Of a stretch of 64,000 nt of DNA, positions 46,040-64,000 are shown piece by piece. Source of the DNA: the human T2T-CHM13v2.0 reference genome, Homo sapiens; assembly GCF_009914755.1 (NCBI RefSeq), contig NC_060931.1. One strand, given 5' to 3'. The notes under the pieces were generated by a model. It did no database searches. It worked only from the letters and a program-made list of their open reading frames with translations, and was not told the origin of the DNA. The translations under genes were made by a program, and so were the position numbers. Each line of letters opens with the position of its first letter. Positions within the stretch are counted from its first letter, which is position 1.

Positions 46040-46670
46040 CGAGTTTGGCTCTGGCACATAAGCTGGACAACCTTGGTCAAGTTACTTAAACTCTGGTATA
46101 ACAGTTTCCCCATTTGCAAAACTGAGAATAATGTTACTCTGTAAGATCATTATAAAGATTAAATGAGTTAATATTTGTAAAGCACTTAGAGCCATGAGTG
46201 ACTATTACTATCAATATTTTAGTGATTTCCTCTTAATGTAAAGTCCATGAAAGGAAGAACTTTGTTGTGTTTGCTACATTGCCACTAATGCCTAAATCAG
46301 TGTCTGGCACATAGTAGGCATTCAATAAACATGTGCTAAACAAATGAATAAGAACAAAGAAAGACATTTACATGTATATATGTGCATACTACATTTCTCA
46401 AGGTTTGTATCTGGAGACATCCTAACTGAGAGCAATTTATTTGCAATCAGTAGAAATATTTAACATGGACTATGGAGACAGAAAGGCCTAAGTTTGAATT
46501 TTTTTCTGACATTTATTAGGTCTTTAACCTTGAGTACTTCACCATTTTCTCTTGGTCTCAGTTTCCTCTTCTGTTTACAAAGGGGATATATCCAGCTTAC
46601 AGAAGAACTGTTATGAGAGTTAAAGATAAAATACTAAACTAGTACAGTGCCTGACACATAGTCTATTCAG
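46040..46670 (+). mobile_element. MIR / L2 / MIR cluster
   Basis: MIR cores (aagttacttaaactct; tctcagtttcctc) and an L2 3' end. Confidence 0.65.
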
Positions 46671-46829
46671 TAAATTATAGGTATTAATAATAAATATTAT
46701 GATAAAATGATTCAGTGACATTAGAGTTCCATACAAATTGGATTCAATTCAATTGGAAACAATACAAAATGTTTCAGAGGAAGTTAAATGTTATGCAGTT
46801 TAAAATATAGTGTTAATAATAAATAAATA

Positions 46830-48790
<1,961 letters not shown>

Positions 48791-49089
48791 AAAATAGTGT
48801 CAACTGCATTAACTTGGCATGAATATCAGTGAATACTGCTGCAGGTCCTTAAAGTCTAAGAATGACTTTGTATTTATATCGTTTTCTTTGGTTCATCTCT
48901 AAGTCCAGGTCAGTTTTTGATTTTGTTACTTCCTAACCAGAGCAGTGCCATACTGCAGTAAGATCCTAGCCCTTGGTCCAGGTTATAATACTTAGAAACA
49001 TAAAATAAAAATAGTTCACATTTCTTATATTCCTTTTACATTTCAAAGTGCTTTTACATACATTCTCATTATTTTTTTAAATAAGCCTT

Positions 49090-49580
49090 TTTTAAAAAGC
49101 AGTTTTAGGTTCACTGCAAAATTAAGCAAAAGGTACAAAGTTTCCCTATGTCCCCTAGCCTCTTCCCCATTATCAACATCTTGCACCAGAGTGGTAAATT
49201 TAGTCAATCAAGAAACCTATTTTAAAAAACCATTATCACTCAAAGTCCACAGTTTACATTAGTAACAAACCATTATCACTCAAAGTCCACACTTTACATT
49301 ACTAACAAACCATTATCACTCAAAGTCCAGTCTATATTAGGGTTTACTCTCAGTGTTGTACATTCTATGTTTTCTTTTTAAGACTTCATTTTTTTTTTTT
49401 TTTAAGGAGCAGTTTTAGGTTCACAGCAAAATTAAGAGGAAGGTACAGAGATTTTCCGTATCCCCTTCTACCATACATGCTAGCCTCCTCCAGTATCAAC
49501 ATCCTCTACCAGCGTGGTACATTTGTTAAAAATGAACCTATACTGACACATAATCACCCAAAGTCTATAATTTACATAGA
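49090..49580 (-). mobile_element. Two tandem L1MC 3'-end fragments
   Basis: agcagttttaggttcac.gcaaaattaag occurs at ~49098 and ~49408. Confidence 0.65.
49227..49340. repeat. 40-bp tandem repeat, ~2.8 copies
   Basis: aaaccattatcactcaaagtcca units start at 49227, 49267, 49307. Confidence 0.9.
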
Positions 49581-49654
49581 ATTCCCTCATTTATTAAAAA
49601 TAAAGTTAAATATTACTCTAAGGCAAATTAAAGAAGGTATTTTTCTTCTATTAC

Positions 49655-49810
49655 AAAAGGTTTCAAGGGAAGAAAAGCCTTCAGAAAAACAATGAAAAGG
49701 TTTCAAGGGAAGGAAAGCCTTAAGAAAAACAATGAAAAGGTTTCAAGGGAAGGAAAGCCTTAAGAAAAACAATGAAAAGGTTACAAGGGAAGAGAAGCCT
49801 TAAGAAAAAC
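49655..49810. repeat. 40-bp minisatellite, ~3.9 copies
   Basis: AAAAGGTTTCAAGGGAAGGAAAGCCTTAAGAAAAACAATG units start at 49655, 49695, 49735, 49775. Confidence 0.95.
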
Positions 49811-50338
49811 TCTAAATTTGCCATGAAAAAAAATTCACAGTACGTATTTTAGATAAATGAGATAAAAATTAGATGAAAATGAAAAGAAAATGAAAAACCA
49901 AACATGATAAATTTTATTTAAAACTTGTCAAGTTATCTTTACTTGTTTCAATGGTCTCTTCTTTGATTTTGATACAATAGATGACTTTCACCCTATTTCT
50001 ATGAAACAACAGTGACATCCAGAGGCCAAGAAAACAGCAATGGTACATAAGCAATCAGCCTCTTTTATTATTACTTAACTAGACAATCAGCTTAGCATTG
50101 ACAAAATAAAATGCAATCCAACAATATAGTTAAATGTTAACACTTGAGTCTGAAGTACAATTTCAAATGTAATTAAGATAAATTTATGAACGTGTGCTTA
50201 TATATACTTGAACCTAGTTAACATATATATTCAATTTTGTTAAATTTAAATACTATTTTTACTTTATATGTACTAGGTTGTCTGTAAAATGTATTAAACA
50301 ATAATTAATTAGGAAAAATATGCAAAAGGAGTATTCTA

Positions 50339-50647
<309 letters not shown>

Positions 50648-51796
50648 TTAAAAAGTATCATTCTTACATGTAGATGAGTCAGTTACTTTTTCTTAAATTA
50701 TGTAAATTATGGAGATAATTCACTTTGCAGAACAAATAACATTTTTTCAATAGATAAATATTTGATATTTTGTGGGTAAGTATATCCAAATCATATTTAC
50801 ATTAACTACCAGTGATTTCTATGCCTGGTTTTGTGATACAAAGTTACTCATAATTATTTCTAGCATCAATTTTTTTCTCCTCTGTAAAGAATGCTAAATT
50901 TCCCAGTAGGAGAAAAAAATGCAGTGGCCCCGTCTTCACTCCAGTTAAATATCCACTTACCACACTTAGGGAAAAGGGCACTTCTAAACTAATAATATTT
51001 CCAATTCTGTTTAATAATTAATAATTTTAAGAAGTCATATGGTTAGGTATCATGTAGCAGAAATGGCATCATTTGGAATCAAAAGGTGTATGGCTTTCTT
51101 CTGGTTCTGTTGCCAGTTAACTGTGTAACTTTAGATAGTTTCCGTTAATTTCTGAGATAATATCCTTATTTGTTTAAAAAATGATCGCGGAGAGTGGTTT
51201 TATTTTACAAAGCTGTATGATTTTACAAAATTCAATAAACCAAAGTTTGATAATATTTGAAGAATTATCTAAAATCCTTATATATACATTTTAATCCCAA
51301 CCACCATTTCAAGCTCAAATGGGTAAAAACAGTTCCCTCACATTTTATTTAAAGAGATTTTAAAATAAAAAATTTCTTCAAACAAACCCAAATTTTGGAT
51401 TGGAAAATATATGTATATTAATGAACACAGATACTCACAATTTATAAGCACACAAATACATGGCGATGTACATAGATATTTACACATTGTAGCACATTTT
51501 AGTGAAGACTCAATTTAGGGCATCCAAATGCATATAACCATCAATTATCTACATTTTCCAAAACATCATTTTAGATATTCAGAGGAAAAGTAGGCAAATT
51601 GCAAAAAGATGAGGAGCTTTTAAAAATGATTTTCAGAATATGTCTTGAGCCGATTATGTAGTAAAAGGATTACAAAACAGTTATATACATTTATTACATA
51701 TTTATATAATCACTGATGTTCAGAGTAAAGGCACTGAGAAATTCTCAATTACTAAAGAAAATTTAAATTATATTTATTATATTCTAGTTATTAAGC

Positions 51797-53820
<2,024 letters not shown>

Positions 53821-53847
53821 GTGATGCTTTTAAAAAGGCCATTGGCA

Positions 53848-54206
<359 letters not shown>

Positions 54207-54239
54207 TCAAACTCATATTTTAACCTAAAGTTTTTAACT

Positions 54240-55551
54240 TTTCATTTTAAAATGCTTTCAAACTTAAGGAAAATTGCAAAAACAATACAAAGACCTTCTG
54301 TATAATATTCACCAAGATTCACCAATTGTTAACATTTTTGCACATTTATCATTGTCACTGTGCCTGTCTTTATCTGTCTCTCACCACATAAATATTATTG
54401 AATCATTTGAGAATAACTACCAGACATTATGCCTCCTTTCCTCTAAATCCTCCAGTATGTATTTCAAAAGAAGACATTTTATTGACATAATTACAGGCAA
54501 TTTTCAACATTAGAACATTTAACTGATTTATTACTATAATCGAATTAATTAACAAACATTACTCAAATTTCTACAATTGTCCTCAAAATGTTCTTCTTAG
54601 CATTCATTTTATTTTCAAGTCTAAGATCCAATTCTGGACCATGTATTACATTTAATTCTCATGTCTCTTTAGACTTCTTTAATGTAAAATAAGTCCTCGG
54701 CTTTTCTTTATCTTTCACAACACTGATATATTTGAAGAGTACAGCCATTTATTCTGTAGAATAAACACCAATTTGGGTGTTGTCTGGTTATTCCTCAGGC
54801 TCAGATTTAGCTTATGCATTTTTGGCAGGAATAATGCGTAAGTGATACTGTATGCTTCTCAGTGCATCACATCAAGGGGCATACAAAGTGAGTGTTTCTA
54901 TTACTGTAGACCTAAACTTTATTCAGCTGGTAAAGGTAGTGTCCAATCACTTCTCTACTAAAAACTTACTGTTTCCCCCTTGTATTTAACAAGAATATAC
55001 TAGAGAAAATGTAAATATCTTATTTTTCATCAAATATCCTGATAGTTTAGAATCCACAGATTCACAACTAACTCAACAATGACTATCATGGTTACAAAAT
55101 GGTAGCTTTTTTTTTTCTAATTTCATTATCCCTTTTATATTTGTTATTTTACTTTAAGAAAGATATTTCCACTTAACCCCATATATTTTATTTTTCCTTT
55201 ATCATCATCAACATGGGCTCATGCATTCCTGCTTTACTCAATTAGTATTATTTGTTTTGATGCTCAAATGTTCCTAGACATGTTCTATCCTAAGCCATTT
55301 GACGAGTTTCATCATTAACTGAGAACCCCCTTACTTTCTAGTACAAGGTTACTCCATACTAATCTTGTAATTCCCTTGTTCTAGTTCAGAAATCTGCTGT
55401 TTCACCAAGGAGCTCTGATTCCTTTAGAGAGAAATATTATTTATAAACCAAGATCTGAGCACCAGGTGTGCTTATGGCAACTGGAGTGCTGCTGCCTCTA
55501 TGCCTTTTCATGGAGAGAGAGATAGGGTACATATGAACACACATTCATACT

Positions 55552-55586
<35 letters not shown>

Positions 55587-55780
55587 CTATAATATAAACA
55601 AATGTGTACACGTGTGAATATATGCGTATCATACATACACACAGCTACATCGACTTCTGTATTTACCTAGAAAACATGAGTACATAATGGTACCTCCAAT
55701 TACAACACAACATTAAAAGATTTCATCAATCCTTCTCCCATTCACATTTGTTATCTTCCTTCTCCAATTTGAGAAATTAA
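54240..55780 (-). mobile_element. Old antisense L1M fragments containing (CA)n at ~55553-55583
   Basis: gattcaccaattgttaacattttt, tttttggcaggaata motifs. Confidence 0.55.
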
Positions 55781-55995
55781 AATTTTTACAATAGCACATT
55801 TAATAAATTTGTGGTTAAAAATATTTTTCTGAAAATTTTTTTTTAATCTTAGCTGATGTAGCAGAAGGAGGGTACTTGATAGACACACTATCATTACTAA
55901 CATTAAATTAAAATTTTGAGGCATATTGCAAGGAGCTCCTTTATGGTACACTGTTAAATGCATCATGTGACAGGATAACTCTTCATGTAATAGTT

Positions 55996-56163
55996 TAAAG
56001 ATACGTGTCTTTACATTGCACATTTTAAGTCATGTAACTCTAACAGAGATACATGACTTCAAATACATCATGTATTTAATGTTTAAAACATATCTGTTTT
56101 AAACATTAAGTCTGTTAGAGATAGATGACTTAAAATATGCAATGTAAAGACACGTTATCTTTA
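55996..56163. repeat. Long inverted repeat / fold-back
   Basis: ~52-bp outer arms plus a perfect 15-bp inner stem with a TATC loop. Confidence 0.92.
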
Positions 56164-56341
56164 TGGGTTCCATTTTATGCCAACAAGACACGGTAGAAGA
56201 AGAAAGTTAAATATGGACATATTTTAGCTTTAAAGGATATGTGTTCTACTATTAGAAAGAAATGGATTAGCTGGTAAGTGTAGAGGCAGACTTTATTATG
56301 CTCATTACTGTGCCCATCTCAAAAACGATACATAGTCTTAC

Positions 56342-56398
56342 TTGTAGCAGATAGCTGTTGACATCTTTCTACCTCGTATAATGATACTGATCCAGAGC
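56342..56398 (-). CDS. POT1: POT1 coding exon (57 nt, ~exon 12; SSGSVSLYEVERCQQLSAT), symmetric phase 1-1
   Basis: Translation match; ccttttatag|GC acceptor, ACAA|gtaaga donor. Confidence 0.98.
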
Positions 56399-56611
56399 CT
56401 ATAAAAAGGAAAAGGCAAAAAAATTAAGTCCATTACAACTTCATTGTAGAACTGAAAACAATGGAGCGTTGCTGAGAGAAACTGAAGAAAATATAAATAA
56501 ATGGTGAGATATGCCACATTCATGATTTAGAAGGCTCAATATTGTTAAGATATCAATTCTCTCCAAATTAATCTGTAAATTCAGCATAATCCTTCGAAAA
56601 TAGCAGAGGCT

Positions 56612-56912
<301 letters not shown>

Positions 56913-57782
56913 AAATAGCAGAGGCTTTATTGTAGAGATTGCAAAGCAGATGCTATCACTTATGTGGAAGTGCAGAAAATCTAGAATATTAAATAACATT
57001 TTAAAAAATAACAAAGTTGGAGAACCATGTACATGACTTCAAGACTTACTATAAACTTACAGTAATTTAAGACAACACGGTACTGGCATCAGGATTGAAA
57101 AATAGATCAACTGAATTAAATTAAATAGAGAGCCTGGAAATAAACCCACATTTACATTGTATTTTGATTTTTTACTAAAGCAGCAAAGCAATGCAAGGAG
57201 AATGCAAATGGTGCTGCAATAACTGAAAATTTAGTGTGAGGAAAATGCATACTTCACACTATACTAGTAAGCATTGAATGGGAAGCCTAGACATAAGCCC
57301 ACATTTATACTCGCTTGATTTTTGACAAAGACATTGAAGCCATCTAATAGGAAAAAGGAAACAAATGATGTCATAACAACTAGAAATTCCTATCTAAAGA
57401 AAAAATGTCTACCGCATATCATGTGACTAGGCATTAAAAAGGAAACAAACTAATGATATATGCAACAATGTGATTAACTCTCAAAAACATATAGTATATA
57501 CAAAAAGAGTACATATGATTCAATTTTTTCAAAGTTCTAGAACAGCAAATCTAGAGGGATTTGGGTTACACGTTTATGTATTAGTCAAAACTCATGGAGT
57601 GGTTCATAAAATGGAAAGTTGTCCATTTCACTGCTAATTTTACCTCAAAAATAAAAAACTCTAAATAACTACTAAACTCTAGCTAATTATGTTCATACCA
57701 CAGTGTTTAGAAAATGTACTTATGTCTGCAACTTACTTTGAAATGTATAAAAAATATAAATTAATGAATGAAGAGGCACATA

Positions 57783-58085
57783 GGCCAGGCACGGTGGCTT
57801 GCACCTGTAATCCCAGCACTTTAGGAGGCCGAGGCGGGCAGATTATCTAAGGTCAGGAGTTCGAGACCAGCCTGGCCAACATGGTGAAACTGTGTCTCTA
57901 CTAAAAATACAAAAATTAGCTGGGCGTGGTGGTGGGCACCTGTAATCCCAGCTACTTGGGAGGCTGAGGCAGGAGAAGCTTGAACTCAGGAGGTGGAGGC
58001 TGCAATGAGCCGAGACCGTGCCACTGAACTCCAGCCTGGAGGACGAAGCGAGACTCCATCTCAAAAGAAAAAAAAAAAAAAAAAA
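57783..58085 (+). mobile_element. AluSx-like (host of the exonised cassette)
   Basis: Full Alu with poly-A tail. Confidence 0.95.
57940..58059 (-). CDS. POT1: Alternative Alu-derived POT1 cassette exon (~120 nt) with in-frame TGA at 57986-57988; adds [24 protein letters not shown]
   Basis: Antisense Alu poly-T tract then GAG|ATG acceptor; typical Alu donor ACAG|gtgccc. Peptide matches my recollection of the ~340-aa POT1 isoform 2 C-terminus. The donor position is inferred. Confidence 0.8.
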
Positions 58086-59845
58086 GAGATATGTAGAAAT
58101 AAATACACGTGACAGAGCACACAAAGTAAAATAGTTATTGGAGAGTCTAGCTGGTAGTTATTTGAGTATTCATTGTACAACTGTTTTAATTCTACCATGT
58201 ATGAAAGTTTTTATCATGTTGAAAAAATACAGTGTAGAGGAAATAAAAGCGGAGATGGATAAAATAGTAAACTTATGAAATTTAATAGAATGACCAAATG
58301 AACATCAAAAATAGGATTTTACTCTAACAAGAAAGCAAAAGTAGTAGTCATAGCATTAAGGTTACAAAATGCTTTCTAAAAAGAAGAACTTAAGACTTTA
58401 AAAATGTGTATTTTGTAATCACTTTAGCTTACATTCTATTATACATAACAGTACATTATGTTTTTATAATTTATTTTATAAAGCATCATACACAAACATA
58501 TCCTCAATATTGCTAATAAGTGGTATAAAAATCCAAGTCAAGAGGACTTGAATGGACATCTCAAGCTGGCATGGTATAATTTCAATAAATCTAATTTAGT
58601 AATTAATATTGGCCATTACAACATGAGATGGAAATAATGGCAGAAACCATAAAAGTAGTCAAATAAGAAAATGTGTAAAACATACATGGTTGCCCACAAA
58701 CTGACAAAAATATAATTCAACAGAAAATCAGATAAAGAGTAAGAGCAGAAAATCTGAGGAAGAGGGAATTAAAAACGTTTGTAAATATATAGTAAGATTT
58801 TCAAGTTTCCAAGTAGCCAGGAAAATTAAGTAAGAAAACACCTTTCACCTGCTTAACTGTCAAAAATTACATATAGTGTTAACTTCCAATACTGTGAAGG
58901 TGTGAGTAAAGTATATTCTCCTACACTGCTATTTGGATATAAATTTCTATGACCTTTGGTAAATAATCTGGCAGCATCTATTAAAAAATGTGCATAACCT
59001 TAGATACATCGACCTCACTTTTAGTTTATTGTGGAGAAGTAAAAACATGGAAGTACATATATTCAAGGATGTTTATTAAAGTATTATTTGTAAGAGCAAA
59101 AAACTGGTAACGATCTCAACATCTATTAAATGAAAAATGAAAAAAGCATAACATTATTATTATGCAACTATAATGAATTTGAGTCATATGAATTAGCCCA
59201 GAAAAAAAGATCTATAATATATTGTTGAAGAAAGCAACTATTTATTATAGTGTGATTTCATTTTGGTAAAAATTTAAGAGAAAGAGAAGAGTCATATTGT
59301 TTATATATAGGTATATATGTTTGTATAAAGATGAAGTGATTGAAGGAATCACACTAAACTGTTAAATCTTACCTCAGGGAGTAGGGAATAAAGGTATAGT
59401 GAAAGCTATTCAACTGGATATTATGACACATATTACAGTGTACTTTAAAAATAATGAATCATTTTAAAAGGAAAAAGAGATTTAAAAAGTATAAAGTATA
59501 ATTACAAATTATACTGTCTCCAAGTGATTTGTCATCTGAACTAAATTGGTTTCCTAATAGTAGTTCAAGTAATCATACACCAGGCCAAAACGTTATCACG
59601 AAGTTGTTAGCATTTTAAAATAAGGAGAGTTTTAAAACAGAGAGAATGAAGAAAATAAATGTAAAGTATGTACAAAAACTCAAAAAGCCTGCACTTGAAT
59701 CTGTCTTGCTTTGTCATCAGTTAACAGCTAAGTAACTATGGACAAATTATATGATATCCATCCATCAAAGCCTCAGTTTCCCATTGTTTAAAGGAGACAG
59801 AATAATTCATCTCACAGGAGTGTTGTTAGAATTAAATAATAATGC

Positions 59846-60165
59846 GGACGGGCGCAATGGCCTGTGCCTGTAATCCCAGCACTTTGGGAGCCCGAGGCGG
59901 GCGGATCATGAGGTCAGGAGATCGAGACCATACTGGCTAACACAGTGAAACCCCGTCTCTACTAAAAATATATATAAAAAAATTAGCCGGGTGTGGTGGC
60001 GGGTGCCTGTAGTCCCAGCTATTGGGAGGCTGAGGCAGGAGAATGCCCTGAACCCGGGAGGCGGAGCTTGCAGTGAGCAGAGATCGCGCTAGCCACACTC
60101 CAGCCTGGGAGACAGAGCAAGACTCTGTCTCAAAAAAAAACAAAACAAACAAACAAACAAACAAA
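59846..60165 (+). mobile_element. AluY
   Basis: Y diagnostics; 18-bp TSD agaattaaataataatgc. Confidence 0.95.
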
Positions 60166-60383
60166 AGAATTAAATAATAATGCCTGCAGGCACTTACATG
60201 CCTACCAAGAAATGTGTGTTAATTTTCATGCTTATTATTGAGATGGAAAGAGAATACATCTCATAAAATGATTCTTTGGATCATAGCAGGGTAGGAGTTA
60301 GGTAGAAAAAAAAAAAAACAACAACAACAGAGAAACATGACCTAGATTCTAGGTCCCAAAATGCAGAAGTAGAAATTAAGACA

Positions 60384-60720
60384 GGCCAGGTGTGGTGGCT
60401 CAAGCCTGTAATCCCAGAATTTTGGGAGGCTAAGGCAGGAGGATTGCTTGAGACCGGGAGACCAGGAGGTCGAGACCAGTCTGGGCAACATATAGTGAGA
60501 TCCTGTTTCTACCAAAAAATAAAAAATTAAAAAATTAAGAGTAAAAAAAGCCAGGCATGTTGGCATGTGCAGGACTACAAGTCCTTGCTACTCAGGAGGC
60601 TGAGGAGGGAGGATATCACTTGAGCCCAGGAGTTTGAAGCCGCAGTGAGCTATGGTCCTATCACTGCATTCCAGCCTGGTCGCCAGAGCAAGACACTGTC
60701 TCTTAAACAAACAAAAACCC
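60384..60720 (+). mobile_element. AluJ
   Basis: TSD agaaattaagaca. Confidence 0.92.
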
Positions 60721-61257
60721 AGAAATTAAGACAAAGTGGTAAAGGAAAAAACAATGCACACTGAAAGCTTTCAAGTTCAGATTTGACTAGTCACTTATTC
60801 AAGCAGACAATATTAGAAGGACATATCCCTCTGTTTGTTAATATTTTGTATTTAGATACCTGATTAATTCAATAAAGACTAGTAACTATGTATACATCTA
60901 ACATAACTATGAGCAAAAAGTATTTGGGTTATGCGAAATAAGTGGCAAAAACAATCTTTGTTCCCTTTAAAAACTGACAAGCAAAATAGTCTATGAAATC
61001 AATACAGATTTTCTTGTGAATACACACATATGATATGTATATATCATAATCAAGTAATCACTACCACCCAATTTGAAAACGTAATTATATAATTTAGGAA
61101 GAAACCATGTTTACTTTTTGGCATAGGCCACAGATAAAGATTTTAGTATGTTCCTCTACTACATGAAATTATTAATAAGAGAGACAAAGAGAAGACATTA
61201 CAAAGAATTATGTTGATAAAACTATTTTATTTAGCAAGAACTAAACTGTCAATGTTA

Positions 61258-61407
<150 letters not shown>

Positions 61408-62370
61408 TTAGCTCTACCCACAAAATCCAGAAATTCATTGAAATTGTATATAAAATTTTGTATGTATATGCATTCTTCAGTAAAGGATCTATTGCTTTCA
61501 TCAGATTTTCCGGGGGTTCAAATTAAAAATCTGAGTTTAGAAAGATACAAGTGAAACAGCAGAATGATGAAATAATACAAACAAAAATAAACTGGGAATT
61601 TAATGGATAGCATTCTGAGTCAGAACAATCTAACTCTAGATTCAAGAAGCTAAATATGATATTAAAAATCAGTGAAATTGATATAAAAGTAATAAAACAG
61701 AAGCTAATTTAATGTCACACTAATTCCAATGAATTAAAATGTAGACAAAAGTTATTTAAATTTAATGAACAGTATGTTTTCTCTTTGAAGATATGAAGAT
61801 TTTTTAAATTTCTAGAATATTGACCAAAATGCTTCTGCACACAATACTCACTAGGAATACCTTGGGAAAAGCAGATCTAAATATATAGCAGGTCTAAGAT
61901 ACTATTTACTTTCTGGCACATGTAAAAATTTTAAAAAGTTTAAAAGAGAGTGATACACCAAAACATGTGTTATCTATTTAATCAGTGGCACTTCAGAAAT
62001 ACATTTTTTTCATGAGAGAATTAAATATTTTTGGAATCTTAGATATGTATCAAATTTTCCAAACTTTAGCTAAGGTCTAGTTTCCCCTGTTTGTTGCTGT
62101 ACTTGGAGAGTGTGGTAAATGATAGAAGAGAAGCATGAGTGTAAAAGCCAGATTCAAACTGTTGGAAAACTTCAACTATAACCCTGGCTCTGCTACTACT
62201 TAGCTCTATGAGCCTATAATCATTTGATTTGTTTCATTTGGCTCATCTATTTAAAAACATGGCAAATGGCACAAAAGGCTAGGGAACTATCAGAAGCCCC
62301 AGGAACAATATTATCTTAGAAATCGGCTTAATCGATACCTTATTTACATTTTCTAAATACTAAAAGCTTA

Positions 62371-62538
<168 letters not shown>

Positions 62539-63496
62539 CTAAAAAATAGATCATTTGTTATTTAGAAAGTGGGGAAAAATTAAAATACTTCTGATATTTA
62601 AAACTTTAATAACCAATATGGGGCCAATGAGGGCACTGACCAGTCAGGAAATATACTAAAGTATCTGCAAAGTATGCTATACGAGTGTGGTTGAATATCA
62701 GCTGCATGGACACTACATCAAAACTAAATATATGGACATGTGCATGCATATGCGTGTGTGCACACACATACATATACACACACATTCAACTGTAAGAGAT
62801 ATTTCCATTTCAGATCTATTAAAATGTGAAAAAATATTGTGTCTTAGCATCAATAAAATATAATGGTTAAGAAACCCATTACCTAAACGGAATTCAAGCC
62901 CTCTATTTGACTAAGGTTTCTGAAAATGCCTTGCTTTAACTAGTTTAAGGATTAATTAAATATGATCCTGAAGATACTGTCATTACAAGAATGCTAAGAA
63001 GAAATTTTAAATATGGTACTACCGAAAAATAATAAACATCTTCCATCTTACAAGTTCTATGGAAAGAAAACTTCTGCATTTGTGCCTGTACCACCACAGT
63101 GTGAAACACTCCTTGAGTTCAAACGTAAGAGTTAACTAATTAGAGTTTTGAATTAAATGTTCTATAGTTAATCTCAGATGTTTTGCTAAACTTAGTCTAC
63201 AAATGTCTTTAATTATAGACCACTGAGATTTTTCTTTTAATGGAGATTTCAAATGAGAGAGATGCAGAATGCTATTCAAAGATATTGACACCTACCTAAA
63301 AGAAGCTATATAACCTAAATCACATTTATATTTATGAAGAAAGATTTAGAAGCAAAAGGAGTTACAAACAAGGAAATTTAATTCATTTGTATAAATATAG
63401 CACTCCTGACTACTGGATGACTATAGGGATACCACTTTTTTTCCCCTACAAGTTCAGGATTGAATAACAGACATCTTACATAACAAAAAAACTATA

Positions 63497-63826
63497 TAGG
63501 TTAAATATTCTTTATCTGAAATACTTGAAAACAGAAGTGTTTCAGATTTCAGATATTTACAGATTTTGGAATATCTGCATATATATAATGAGCTATCTTA
63601 GAGATGAGACCCAAGTCTAAAAACGAAATTCATTTATGTTTCACATATATGTTATACACATCACCTGAAAGTAATTTTCTATAATATTTTCAATAATTTT
63701 GTGCATGACACAAAATTTTTGTACACTGAATAATTGGAAAGCAAAGGGTTCACTCGCATACTGGCACTCAAAAAGATCTGCATTTAGGAGAATTCTGGAC
63801 TTTTAGATTATGGAGGCTCAATCCTA
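63497..63826. mobile_element. Tigger4/Zombi-like non-autonomous DNA transposon
   Basis: Degenerate CAGGTTGAGTATCCC-type TIRs, TA flanks, internal cagaagtgtttcagattt. Confidence 0.7.
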
Positions 63827-64000
63827 TAAAAGGAAACGTTTAAAAAAAAAAGATGAGTAGCAAATCAACTTTCCAATTCTGCTTATTGTAGCTTCTCTTA
63901 ATTATATTTCCCCTCATTACTCTTTATTTCTGATGGAGGATATAAGCAAAGGAGGTAAGGAGAAAACCCACACTCCCAGGTGCTACTCCTTCATTCCCAA

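Noticed and set aside
49655-49810. Regular repeats resembling a CRISPR array
   Set aside because: Head-to-tail units with no unique spacers, in primate DNA.

Overview
This is primate, almost certainly human, nuclear genomic DNA: AT-rich and dense in Alu, L1, L2, MIR, LTR and DNA-transposon fossils. The right half (about 31780-64000) holds the 3' part of POT1 (protection of telomeres 1, shelterin) on the minus strand. Ten coding exons of 167, 80, 57, 157, 206, 136, 89, 92, 106 and 113 nt all have GT-AG boundaries and compatible phases. They translate to roughly residues 235-634 (end of OB2, linker, split OB3 with the Holliday-junction-resolvase-like insert, both CxxC zinc ligand pairs), followed by a 3'UTR of about 1.6 kb. 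The left half is intergenic repeat-rich DNA with no credible coding gene. Nearly all ORFs in the supplied track are Alu, L1 or LTR artefacts. I see no wholly new biological system. The most interesting signals are in POT1 intron architecture: (1) an antisense L1PA whose target-site duplication appears to include an exon's splice donor and which supplies a hydrophobic read-through tail plus an antisense AATAAA; (2) an exonised antisense Alu carrying a premature stop; (3) a ~180-bp direct duplication bracketing a coding exon; (4) an inverted Alu pair ~27 bp apart; (5) a ~170-bp fold-back palindrome next to the only symmetric exon. Exon numbers, residue numbers and repeat subfamily names are from memory of the reference, and repeat boundaries are approximate.
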